A DNA stretch of 32,919 nt from NCBI RefSeq assembly GCF_004010195.1, contig NC_057718.1, positions 7,692,785 to 7,725,703 of the forward strand, given 5' to 3'. The notes beneath the pieces are model-generated. The model saw only the letters and a program-made list of their open reading frames with translations, searched no databases and was not told the origin of the DNA. Origin of the DNA: Chiloscyllium plagiosum (Eukaryota). Made by a program: the position numbers and the translations under genes. Every line of letters begins with the position of its first letter. The stretch's first letter is position 1. Of the stretch, positions 1 to 10,293 are shown one piece after another.

Positions 1-107
1 GGCAATTGGATAGGTACATGGATGGGTGCTTAAGCTAGGACAAATGTTCGGCACAACATCGTGGGCCGAAGGGCCTGTTCTGTGCTGTATTGTTCTATGT
101 TCTATGT
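1..107 (+). mobile_element. CR1/HER1-type LINE extreme 3' end
   Basis: gggccgaagggcctgttctgtgctgta followed by a (TTCTATG)n tail. Confidence 0.75.
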
Positions 108-680
108 GATGAAGGCATTTGGTATGCTTTCCTTCATTGGTCAGAGCGTTGAGTACATGAATATTGCGAGCAATTCTGGTCTCCCTCCTATTGGCAAAAC
201 TTGAAAGGGTTCAGAAAACATTCACAAGGATGTTGCCAGGGTTGGAGGATTTGAGCTATAGGGAGAGACTGAACAAGCTGGGGCTGTTTTCCCTGGAGCG
301 TCGGAGGCTGAGGGGTTATCTTATAGAAGTTTATACAATCATGGATAGGATAAATAGACAAAGTCTTTTCCTGGGGTCGGGGAGTCCAGAACTAGAGGGC
401 ATAGGTTTAGGGTGAGAGGGGAAAGATATAAAAGAGACTTAAGGTGCAACTTTTTCACGCAGAGGGTGATGCATGTGTGGCATGAGCTGCCAGAGGAAGT
501 GGTGGAAGCTGGTACACTTACAACATTGAAAAGGCATCTGGATGGGTCTATGAATAGGAAGGGTTTAGAGGGATATGGGCCAAGTGCTGACAAATGGGAC
601 TAGATTAGGTTGGGATATCGGGTCAGCATGGATGAGTCGAGCCGAAGGGTCTGTTTCCATACAGTATATCTCTATGACTT
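108..680 (+). mobile_element. CR1-type LINE 3' fragment (ORF2 C-terminus, frameshifted)
   Basis: KLERVQKTFTRMLPGLEDLSYRERLNKLGLFSLERRRLRG and FFTQRVMHVWHELPEEVVEAG, then the ccgaagggtctgtttcc tail. Confidence 0.9.
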
Positions 681-685
681 GATGA

Positions 686-985
686 CTCAGTCCATGCCGA
701 ACATAATCCCAAACTAATCTAGTCCCACCTGCCTCCTCCTGCCCCCATATCCCTGCAAACATTTTGTATACATCTACTTATCCAAATGTCTTTTAAATGT
801 TATAATTGCACCCGCATCCATCACTTCCTCAGGAAGTTCATTCCACACCCGGACCAGTCTCTGTGTAAAAGATTTGCAACTCATGTCTTTTATAAATCTC
901 TCTCCTCTCACCTTAAAAACATGTCTCATAGTCTTGCAATCCCCACCCTAGGGATAAGACATTTACTGTCACCGTATCTATACTC
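686..985 (-). mobile_element. CR1-type LINE 3' fragment, tail-to-tail with the previous one
   Basis: Reverse complement resembles 400-640 (aatgaacttcctgaggaagtg, ggtgggactagattagtttgg). Confidence 0.75.
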
Positions 986-1099
986 CTCATCAACCCATAC
1001 CACAATGAAGTACACTTTAAAAAATCTAAGGGCATTGGCAGCACAGTATCAGGTGCACAGTGTGACTCTCTCCCACATGTTAATGTGTTTTAATGACGT

Positions 1100-1260
1100 C
1101 GATTGAGGGATAGGTGTTGGTCAAGATATTAGGGATAACTCTCCCTGCTCCTCTCTACTATGTGATCATCTCATTTCCAACCTCAACGTCCCTCCTCATC
1201 TGAAACACAGCTCTCCCTGCCTAACAGCTCAAAGTGTCAGACTTCTGCGAGCAAGTCTTC
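1100..1260 (-). mobile_element. highly decayed DeuSINE/SacSINE1-like fragment
   Basis: gagggataggtgttggtcaagatattagggataactctccctgctc..ctcatctgaaa resembles the recalled Deu domain; similar pieces at ~6535-6632 and ~13200-13330. Confidence 0.35.
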
Positions 1261-2357
1261 AAAGTCTGTCTCACTAACTCCCGACTGGGCTGCCTCCACC
1301 CACAGCAGAGGAGACCTGTGCCAACTCAATCCCATAAAGGTACCAAGTGTAGTTCCCTCGAGGGGTGGTCTACCAGTTTTAACTTTGTCATCTCCGGATT
1401 GCTTGTTTCTTTTTTTTTAAAAGAAATTAATTTCAAGTTTCCGAGGCCGTCTGGCCAGAATTTGAGCTCACGCTCTCTGCTGTGGGTGGACTCTCCCTGA
1501 CGCCCTTTCGCTGCTCTTTCGTATCTCAGCCCGAGGAAGGTGTGACCTGAAAGGGATGACCTTTGAGGTCGAGGAGAACAAGTTTGACAGCAGAGAACCG
1601 CATAATGAGTCAGCGCAGATCGTGTAAGGAATCCCCACCTTTAGTAAAGAGTCTGAGCTTTATATCTACAGGAACTCACACAGCAAGTCTGTTTAAACTC
1701 TACTATGGCGGCTCCTGCAGTACATTTACAGAGAGTCTTCTACACTATCCAGTACACACTGCCCACTTTTGGGCACCAATTATCAGAAGGTTTCTCATTC
1801 GGAAGCTATTGCTTTTTACTTTGTGGTGGGAACTTCTGCTTTATGGTTTTTATTGGGGGTCACCTGAGTTCTCTTCCCCAATTCTGGCCACTCATGTATT
1901 CCTGACTGACACCTTCAGCTGCCAAAAGCCCTGCACTCTGCCACCCTCTGGCGAAACGTCTCTGCATCTCTCTTTCTCTCTCTCTCTCCTTCCCTGCTTG
2001 GAGTTAAAACACACCTCTTTAACCAGGTTGGAGGGCAGCAGGCCCTAAAATATCACCTTGAAACGAAACGTTAGTGCCATGGATGCTGATAATCTGAAAT
2101 ACAAATGGATCGTGCCAGAGAAGTCGTGCAGAGATGGGAACAGAATTGAGTCTGATGATCTTCTTCAGACCTCTTTTGAAGACCATATGTGACCCTTCAG
2201 TCTAACACACCTCCTCAGCATATCCTGCCATGGCTTTCTGCCTGCTGTGTTTATTTAGGTCGGCCAGATCTAGCTCCATAGTCAATGTATTGCTGTTTGC
2301 CTCAGCTATTCCCTGTGGTACCTTGATCCAGGTCCAATCCAAACCCTGCCTAAGGTT

Positions 2358-2863
2358 GTTCTGGCGATGGAGGGAGTGCAGTGAAGGTTTACCAGACTGA
2401 CTTCTGGGATGCTAGAATGGAGAATGAGGTATGGGTGAATCGGTTCGGATTATATTTGATGGAGGTTTAAAGAATGAAGGGGGGATCTCACAGAAACCTG
2501 TCAAATTTTAACAGGATTAGACAGGGGTAGACCGAGGAAGGATGTTCCCAGTGACTGGAGAGTATGGAACCAGGACTCCCAGTCCAAGGATATGGGGTTG
2601 AATGCTTAGGCTGGAGATGAGGAAAAATGCTTTCACTTGGAGTAGGGAATGTGTGGAGTTCTCTGCTACAGAAAGCAGTGAAATCAAAATATTATTTCAA
2701 GAAGGAGTTGGACATAGCCTTTGAGCTAGAGGGATCAAAGGGTCTCAGGAGAACTTGTGAAGAGAGGACTGAGTTGGATGATTAGCCATATTGGTATTGA
2801 AATGACAGAGCAGGCTTAAAGGGTTCAAATGGCCTACTCCTGCTCGTCTCTATGTTTCTATGA
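2358..2863 (+). mobile_element. decayed CR1-type LINE 3' fragment
   Basis: gagtgcagtgaaggtttaccagactga..aaatggcctactcctgct..tatgtttctatg tail. Confidence 0.75.
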
Positions 2864-2888
2864 TCCAGAGTGACTCATAAATTTGGTC

Positions 2889-3090
2889 AAAAGGAGTGGC
2901 GTTGGAAAAGCACAGCTGGTCAGGCAGCATCCGAGGTGCAGGAGAGTCGACGTTTTGAGCATAAGCTCTTCAGCCGGATGTCTCAAAACGTCGACTCTCC
3001 TGCACCTCAGATGCTGCCTGACCAGCTGTGCTTTTCCAGCACCACACCTTTTGACTCTGATCTCCAGCGCCTGCAGCCCTCACTTTCTTT
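2889..3090. mobile_element. Penelope-like inverted-repeat insertion, family A, with 14-bp TSD
   Basis: Arms ~2886-2959 and 2982-3055 are near-perfect inverted repeats. TCATAAATTTGGTC is duplicated at 2875-2888 and 3091-3104. The hammerhead core is decayed. Confidence 0.75.
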
Positions 3091-3212
3091 TCATAAATTT
3101 GGTCCCTAGCTTTAGTTGCCTTTATAAAGCATCTCTTCTGTGTCTCCTCTATCAAAACCTCTGAGCATCTTCCCAAGTCCCACATCTATTTCTATCTAGA
3201 TGGGCAAGATGA

Positions 3213-3382
3213 GATACATGGGAACACAACCAGCTGCAAGTTCCTCCCCAAGCCACTCACAATCCTGAACTGGAAATATGGTGCCGTTCCCTCACTGGGT
3301 CAAAATCCTGGAATTCCCTCCTAACGACGCTATAGGTATCCCTACACAGCAGGGATTGCAGTGGCCCAAGATACCAGCAGTT
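3213..3382 (+). mobile_element. LINE 3' fragment (same family as 6637-7740)
   Basis: atgggaacacaaccagctgcaagttcc..ggtcaaaatcctggaattcc matches the reverse complement of ~6785-6895. Confidence 0.65.
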
Positions 3383-4447
3383 TGCAAAGTTCACCCCTTA
3401 ATTACAAAAGAGTGCCCAGATGGGATTCTCATTCCTGCTGGAGAGAAGACCCCCTGGTTTGTTTGATCGCTCATGGGGAGTACCACCTTCTTGCCAGACT
3501 TCCCCCGGCGGACACTGTCCCTAAACTAGAGTAGAAACTGTGTAAAAAAACTACGGGGCATTGCTCTGAACGCATCTCCCACATGAAACATCCTCAACCG
3601 GTTCTGCCAAAATGATCAGGGATTTGGCAAGTGAAGAGCCAGTCATTTCTATAAAGCTGCCAAGAGTGACAAGTTAGTATTTGCAAGCATTCTCCATCGC
3701 TCAGTAGCTGGGTGCTCATTTCCCCGTAGGTCACTGGCTAATAGTTTTCTGTGCGATCATTAGTTTCTCAAGTTAAATCCTTGAAACGGAAGTGCCTTAT
3801 CTTCCATGTAGTTTTCAGTCAAGGGGAAGTCAGAATTTTTGACAGTGTTCTGGATTCAAATATTGTCCTGCAACAGGACATGTAGAATTTAATTTGCCAC
3901 GGTGGGCACTGTGCCAAGAAGCTACCAATTCAATTATTTTTGTTAAAAGGAAGGATTTGATTACCGCATCTGGAATCAAGCCAAAGGCATCTAATTGAAT
4001 TCTTCCTCTTCAAAGTTATATTGTGTATTTTCCTTAACAAATTACATTAAGTTTACCCACAGCACAAAAGTTTAATTTACGCAGATGTTTAGTTGATAAA
4101 TGCCATTTCTAAGATTGTTTGTTAAATATATGTAAAAGCGTTTTTAGTTTTTGTTCTTGTGTTTGATAATGGCTTTAATCAGCTGATGGGGCCAGAAGGA
4201 GCATTAATGTAAAATATTTGTGACCACGCGCCCCAATCACTCATTGATACAACAGAAAGGAAGCCCTTCAGCCCATCATAATTGGCCTAGCTCTCAGCTT
4301 GAAGGATCAAATTGACCTGAAACACTGGACATTCTTTATGTTTAAGCATTGGTTTTAGAGCTACTGATGTATCCGCTTTTTCTATCACCGTTTCAAATCA
4401 TCACAATCTTACTTCACAAAAATAATATTTTTCTCGTTTTGGTGAGG

Positions 4448-4915
4448 AGACAGCCTAGTGGTGTGATGGCTGGTCTGCTAATCCTGAGATGAGAGTGTGT
4501 TGCTGGAAAAGCACAGCAGGTCAGGCAGCATCCGAAGAGCAGGAAGATCGATGTTTTGGGCCGAAGCCCTTCATCGGGAGTGAATCTAGTGTTAATCCAG
4601 AGACCCGAGTAATGGGAATGCAGGTTCGAATCCTGCCCGTGGCAGAGGGTGGAATTTGAATTCAATAAAAATATGCAATTAAGAGTCTCAATGATGACCA
4701 TGAATCCATTGTCAATTGTTGGGGGAAAGATCCATCTGGTTTACTAATGCCCTTTAGGGAAGAAATCTGCCATCCTTTCCTGGTCTGGTCTACATGTGAC
4801 TCCAGATCCACAGCAATGTGGTTGACTCTTTACTGCCCTCTGGGCAAATAGGGATGGACAATAAATGATGGGCCTGGCCAGTGATGCCCTCATCCTGTGA
4901 ATGAATAAAAAGAAA
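4448..4915 (+). mobile_element. tRNA-derived SINE sharing its 3' tail with the 6637-7740 LINE (interrupted at 4488-4580)
   Basis: B-box ggttcgaatcc, body ggaatttgaattcaataaaa..acatgtgactccaga, tail gggcaaatagggatgg..gaatgaataaaaa; further copies at 9195-10432 and 21927-22562. Confidence 0.75.
4488..4580 (-). mobile_element. Penelope-like family A terminus fragment inserted in a SINE head
   Basis: tgttgctggaaaagcacagcaggtcaggcagcatcc..gggccgaagcccttcatcgg, as in 5206-5341; decayed core. Confidence 0.65.
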
Positions 4916-5298
4916 ATTTTGCCTCGAGTTTTTCACTCAATTCAGCTAACAGCTCCTTCTCCCACCAGAGATCCTCATTCACCTTATCAAAGCCTTTCAC
5001 ATGTGTACTTCCTGTTAGCCTTCCATGTATGAAGGTGACAATTCCCAACTTGTGCAGGCCCTCCACCTAGCAACCATCTCTCATCCCAACTCGGACTCTA
5101 TTCATACTCTCTCAAAGGCATTCTTAAATTTGTTTCTCTGGGACATGGGCATTGCTGGCTTTACTGACCATCTCTATTTGCCCAGAGGGCAGTTAAAAAT
5201 CAAGCGGAGAAAGTGAGGTCTGCAGACGCTGGAGATCAAAGCTGAAACTTTATTGCTGGAACAGCACAGCAGGTCAGGCAGCATCTAGGGAACAGAAG

Positions 5299-5334
5299 AT
5301 TCGACGTTTCGGGCACATGCCCTTCTTCAGGAAT
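5299..5334 (-). ncRNA. minimal type-I hammerhead ribozyme motif (mirror copy)
   Basis: Exact reverse complement of 5354-5389. Confidence 0.72.
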
Positions 5335-5353
5335 GAGCAGACACTCTCTGCTC

Positions 5354-5389
5354 ATTCCTGAAGAAGGGCATGTGCCCGAAACGTCGAAT
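5354..5389 (+). ncRNA. minimal type-I hammerhead ribozyme motif (intact core)
   Basis: ATTC-CTGAAGA-A-GGGC atgt GCCC-GAA-ACGT-C-GAAT: helix I ATTC/GAAT, helix II GGGC/GCCC, palindromic helix III ACGT, cleavage triplet GUC ending at 5385. Confidence 0.75.
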
Positions 5390-5544
5390 CTTCTGTTCCC
5401 TAGATGCTGCCTGACCTGCTGTGCTGTTCCAGCAATAAAGTTTCAGCTAAAAATCAAGCACATTGCTCTGGATCTGGAGTCACGTGCAGGGCAGCAGATT
5501 TCCTTCCCTATAGGCCATTAGTGAAACAGATGTTTCCAACAGTA

Positions 5545-5832
5545 GGAGAGACTAGCACCTGAGGGCACAGCCTCAGACTGAAGGAACGACCCTTCAGAAC
5601 TGAGAGGAGGAGGAATTCCTTCAGCCAGAGGGTGGTGACTCTGTGGAACTCATTACTGCAGTGGAGGCCAAATCATTGAATGTCTTTAAGACAGAGATAG
5701 AAAGGTTCTTGATTGGTGAGGGATTCAATGATTATGAGGAGAAGGCAGGAGAAGCGTGTTGAAAAACATGTCAGCCATGATGAAATGGTAGAACAGACCG
5801 GATGGTCCGAATGGCCTGCTCCTGTGTCTTAT
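5545..5832 (+). mobile_element. CR1-type LINE 3' fragment
   Basis: aattccttcagccagagggtggtgactctgtggaactc..ccgaatggcctgctcctg. Confidence 0.75.
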
Positions 5833-5933
5833 CAGCCCTTAACCTTCTAAATTTGAGAAGAAGTAGGCTTAATTTGCCTTCTCAATCTCTCTTCATAACC
5901 TAATCCCTGAAAACCAGGTATTATTCTTGCAAA

Positions 5934-6058
5934 GAGAAAGTGAGGTCTGCAGATGCTGGAGATCAGAGCTGAAAATGTGTTGCTGGAAAAGCGCAGGTCA
6001 GGCAGCATCCAGGGAACAGGAGAATCGATGTTTCGGGCATAAGCCCTTCTTCAGGAAA
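5934..6058 (-). mobile_element. Penelope-like family A terminus with near-intact hammerhead core
   Basis: Colinear with 5207-5334; minus strand CTGAAGA-A-GGGC ttat GCCC-GAAACATC. Confidence 0.7.
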
Positions 6059-6074
6059 ACCGACAGGAGAAGGG

Positions 6075-6358
6075 GAACGTGGTGACCATGGCTGTTGGGA
6101 TTTTTTAAGGTGAGAGGAGAAAGATTTTAAAAAAGACATAAGGGGCAACTTTTTTTTAATACAGAGATGGTTTGTGTGAGGAATGAACTGCCAGAGGAAG
6201 TGTTGGATGGGTGTGCAGTTTCAACATTTACAAGGCATTTGGATAAGTTCAAAATTTGGAGGGATATTGGCCAGGTGGGACTAGTTTAGTTTGGGATTAT
6301 GGTTGGCATGGACTGGTTGGATTGAAGGGTCTGTTTCCGTGCTGTATAACTCTATGAC
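6075..6358 (+). mobile_element. CR1-type LINE 3' fragment
   Basis: Colinear with 405-680; ends gaagggtctgtttccgtgctgtataactctatgac. Confidence 0.8.
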
Positions 6359-6636
6359 ACTGAAGTCACCTGTTACTGTTGGTCATATATAGATATTAAA
6401 TTATGGTCAACTTTGTTTTGGCACAAAGATGATTGAGGTCAAAGAGTTGCCCATCACAGAAAGAGGTGAAGAGGATGTTCCCTCAAGCAGCAATGGGTGC
6501 ATTACCAGACAGTCTGTTTTTGGTGGCATTCATATATGGATAAATATTGACCACAGCTATTTGAAACCATAGTCTGGGATCTCTTACAACCATCCAACTG
6601 ACAATTCTCCCATAGGTACAGCACTGAGTACTGAAC

Positions 6637-7740
6637 TTTTTTTATCCATTTGAGGGATGTGAGTGCCACTGGCTGGGCCAGTGTTTATTGCCTGGCCCTA
6701 GTTGCCTCTTGAGAAGGTGGGGGGTGAATTGCATTCTTGAACTTTTGCAGTCTACCTGCTGTGGGTTGACCCACAATCTTAGAGATGGAATTCCAGGATT
6801 TTGACCCAGCAACTGGGAAGGAACGGCGATATATTTCCAAGTCAGGATGGTCTGTGATTTGGAGGGGAGCTTAAAGGTGGTGGTGTTCCCACATATCTGC
6901 TACCCTTGTCTTCCTAGATGGAAGAGGTTGTGGGTTTGGAAGGTGCTGTCTGAGGATCTTTGGTGAATTGTAGATGGCACTCACTGCTGTACTGAGCATC
7001 AGTGGTGGAGGGAGTGGATGTTTGTGGATGTGGTGCCAGTCAAGTGGGCTGCTTTGTCCTGGATGGTGTTGAGCTTCTTGAGTGTTGTTGGAGCTGCACC
7101 CATCCAGGCAAGTGGGGAGTATCCCATCACACTCCTGACTTGTGCCTTGTAGATGGTGGGACAGGCTTTAGAGAGTCAGGAGGTGAGCTACTCACCGCAG
7201 TCTTCCTAGTCTCTGACCTGCTCTTATAATCACTATGTTTATATGACACCAGGTTATAGTCCAACAGGTTTAATTGGAAGCACTAGCTTTCGGAGCGCCG
7301 CTCCTTCTAAGGTGACAACTACCTGGTGAAGGAGCGTCGCTGCGAAAGCTAGTGCTTCCAATTAAACCTGTTGGACTATAACCTGGTGTTGTGTGATTTT
7401 TAACTTTGTACACCCCAGTCCAACACCGGCATCTCCAAATTATGTTTATATGGTGAGAGCAGTTGACTTTCTGGTCAATGATAACTTCCAGGATGTTGAT
7501 AGTGAAGAATTCAGTGATAGTAACACCATTGAATGTCAAGGAGTGGTGGTTAGATTGTCTGTCTCTTTTTGGTGATGGTCATTGCCTGGCATTTGTGTGG
7601 CTTGAATGTTACTTGCCTTTTGTCAGCCTGGATATTGTCCAAATCTTATTGCATTCGGACATGGACTGCTTCAGTATCTGAGGAGTCGTGAATGGTGCTG
7701 AACATTGTGCAATCATGGGTGAACAGCCCCACTTCTGAGC
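6637..7740 (-). mobile_element. CR1/L2-group LINE 3' portion (ORF2 remnant), interrupted by 7246-7440
   Basis: Minus-strand TINILEVIIDQKVNCSHHIN resembles the ILGV-x-D-x-KL motif downstream of the RT domain. A-rich 3' end at 6637-6643; tail shared with the 4448-4915 SINE. Confidence 0.75.
7246..7440. mobile_element. Penelope-like inverted-repeat insertion, family B, with 12-bp TSD, nested in a LINE
   Basis: Arms ~7246-7313 and 7321-7389. TATGTTTATATG is duplicated at 7234-7245 and 7441-7452. Hammerhead-like core TAC-CTGGTGA-A-GGAGC gtc GCTGC-GAA-AGCT-A-GTG at 7320-7354. Confidence 0.78.
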
Positions 7741-7784
7741 TTTTTGTTCGGTTGTTAACCTTCAATTATATCCTCAAATAAAAG

Positions 7785-8493
7785 CCAAACACATGCAATG
7801 CTGGAGAAAATCAACAGGTCTGGCATCATCTGTGGAGAGAGAGAAACATGGTTCACATTTCCAATCCTAATAGGGTGGCACAGTGGCTCAATGGTTATCA
7901 CTGCTGCCTCACAGTGCCCAGGACTCAGGTTCAATTCCAGCCTCGGGCAACTGACTGTGTGAAGTTTGTACCTCCGTGTCTATGCTGGTTTACTCCCACA
8001 GTCCAAAAATAGAATCTTTGTAGAATCCCTGCAGTGTGGAAACAGGCCCTGCAGCCCAACAAACTCACACAGACCCTCTGAAGAGTAACTCATTCCCCCT
8101 ACCTTATATTTACCCCTGACTAATGCCCCTAACCTACACATCTCTGAATACTATGGGACAATTTAGCATAGCCAATTCACCTGACCTGCACGTCTTTGGA
8201 TGTGTAGGTTAAGGTGGATTGGCCCAGCTAAATTGTCCTATAGTGTTCAGGGATGTGCTGACTAAGTAGATTGGCCATGGGAAATACAGAATTACAGGGA
8301 TGGGTCTGGGTGGGATGATCGTCGGTGTGACTCAATGGGCCGAATGGCCTGCTTACACAGTATAGGGATTCTATGATTAACTAAACTTGCAAGAAGTTCT
8401 GAAGAGCCCTGGACTCGAAATGCTAACTCTGTTTCTCTCTCCAAACATGCTGCCAGACCTGCTGAGTTTATCCTGCACTTTCTGTTTTACTTT
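7785..8493. mobile_element. decayed Penelope-like inverted pair (arms ~7785-7868 and ~8395-8493) split by nested HE1-type SINEs
   Basis: Left arm (caggtctggcatcatctgtggagagagagaaaca) is complementary to right arm (tgtttctctctccaaacatgctgccagacctg). Core AGTT-CTGAAGA..CTC-GAAA-TGCT-AACT at 8395-8428. Confidence 0.55.
7872..8376 (+). mobile_element. HE1/V-SINE-type SINE containing an opposite-orientation HE1 3' half (~8010-8199)
   Basis: A-box tggctcaatgg, B-box ggttcaattcc, body tcccacagtccaaa, tail gggccgaatggcctg..ggattctatgatt. Confidence 0.85.
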
Positions 8494-9378
8494 CAATTCT
8501 ATGCTCAATGCTTGAATCTATGATTTTTTATTCCAGTGGCAAGAAACAGACTCCTGAGGCTAGCACAGCAAAAAAAAAACAAAATCAAGCAATTTCACCA
8601 AATTGTTTGTCTCAATTATAACATTTTGAGTTCGCCTTCAATTCAGGATCTGATGAAGAAAAACTAATCTTGTGTCTCTCGATGATTTTTTTTCTGTGTG
8701 ACTTGAACAAATCCGGGCTCCGAACGACATTTATCTAAAGGTTGCTGCAGAGTTTTATCACTCTCGTTTTTACTTTTGGATTCAAATAGAAACTTTCACA
8801 CTTGTGTGACGCTCTGAGAATGAAGTAACGGGTATAAACAGATGGGACACGGCAGGAAATATTAGTGAAATTAGAAAATAATTATCTGTCATTAACAGGA
8901 TAAAACCCAAATTTGCAAGAAAGCAGAGCTTCATGCTGCACAATGCACTTGTATATCACTCTAATCGGGTCTGACAGTAGTGTTAATCAGAGTCATTAAC
9001 CATTCATTACAAGCGACAGACAGTGGTGTTACAAGTCGTTGATTAGTCATTTGGATTAACAGTCTGGTGTTAACACCACTAGGGCCATACCTCCCCAATT
9101 TTCTGGACCATCACTAAGGCCAAAGCATCCTTCCGAAAATGTTGACACAACTGACCCAGTGATCCGACAGAAGAGAGAGTCCAGAAAATTGGGAAGGCGT
9201 GACTTAGTGATATTAAAGTCAGACTGCTAATGCAAAGACCCAGGTAATATTCTGGGGGCCTGGGTTTGAATCCCATCCAGAGCAGATAGTGGAGCTTGAA
9301 TCCAATCAAAGACAGGAATTAGGGGTCTAGTGAAGACTGAGAAATGATTGTCATAGGGTGAACAAAAAATATTTCTGA

Positions 9379-10293
9379 TGTAACAACTCCACAGAAACTG
9401 GTATCACGTCATCAAGTCCCCCTTTATCTACACATGCATAGTACTTGACACTGACCCAGCTCCCTCAGAGCCAGCTCTCCGAGTAAGCAGGACCTCTGAT
9501 ACTCCAGTTTATTTTTTATTAAATATTTCATTAAACAATACACGGTTTACAAATCAATTAACATTAAGTTGTACACAGAGAAGCAGCAATTTGACAAGGG
9601 AGAGGATCACCAAAGCCAGGCCCCAAACTCTACAGTTCAACCAGTTCTCATGGAAATGAGGAAATACCTCAAATCCCAGTTTCAATCATTCCAAAGCAGT
9701 AGCAATGACATTTTTTACATATAAGACAGTCCAATTACATTAAAAAAGTGCAGACAATACAGACCCCCAGAAACCCAGCAAGCCACCCGTCCCTCACTTT
9801 TGTTTTTTTTTTGTTTATTTTTTCTTTTTTTATTTACCCCCCACCCCCCCAACACTACCGCCTAACTACGATAATACTTATTTTTCCCCAGCAACCATGG
9901 TGTGTGTGTGCAGTTGTGAGACACAGTGAAAGACACAAGGTGCACGAATCTTTAATCAGTTTCCACCACCAAGAAGAAAGGAAACACCCGAGTGGCCAGT
10001 GATAAGCAGAGCCCTTCACATCAAAGGGCAGTGCTGTGTGATCAAAACAGTGATGGGGAGGGGAGGGATTAAATCAAAATAGAGTTGGAGGGGGAAATAA
10101 TGCACTCCACTCCCTGCGGCGCCCACCTCTCCCTGAACAACTCCAGGGTGTTGGTGGAGACCGCGTGCTCCTTCTCCGACATTCTGTTTATATCTATCAT
10201 CCAGGGCTTCCTGATTGGACCAGATTAACAGCCCCAATCAGGGAACTCATATTCTATGAGGTCCATCTGGCTGACCTCGTTCCAATCATTACA
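9379..10293. mobile_element. solo LTR (Gypsy-like, TGTAA...TTACA) split by a Tx1-like LINE tail
   Basis: Terminal inverted TGTAA at 9379 and TTACA at 10289-10293; decayed 4-bp TSD ctga/ttgg; pieces 9379-9512 and 10178-10293. Confidence 0.6.
9513..10177 (-). mobile_element. Tx1/L1-like LINE 3' end (ORF2 C-terminus plus ~550-bp 3'UTR)
   Basis: Minus strand 10176-10069 reads EKEHAVSTNTLELFRERWAPQGVECIISPSNSILI*, with an F-x-x-R-W terminal motif. Ends in aataaaaaataaa; flanked by a decayed duplication ending gtttat. Confidence 0.65.

Larger units (their letters stand above)
5206..5447. mobile_element. Penelope-like (pLTR-derived) inverted-repeat insertion, family A, with 12-bp TSD
   Basis: Perfect 102-bp inverted repeat 5240-5341/5347-5448. 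TAAAAATCAAGC is duplicated at 5194-5205 and 5448-5459. Each arm carries a hammerhead core. Confidence 0.8.
5128..5535 (-). mobile_element. fragment of the same SINE family, host of the 5206-5447 insertion
   Basis: ttgcccagagggcagttaa..cacattgctctggatctggagtcac..cagatttccttcccta is the reverse complement of ~4735-4845. Confidence 0.65.

Noticed and set aside
5240..5448. Long hairpins as DNA-transposon MITEs, pre-miRNAs or terminators
   Set aside because: Arms are asymmetric (one truncated), TSDs vary from 12 to 16 bp, and single-arm copies exist. This fits retroelement termini rather than cut-and-paste TIRs; small-RNA production cannot be judged from sequence.
8650..8665. Isolated CTGATGAAGAAA resembling a hammerhead core or snoRNA box
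   Set aside because: No helix II or flanking helix I; chance match.
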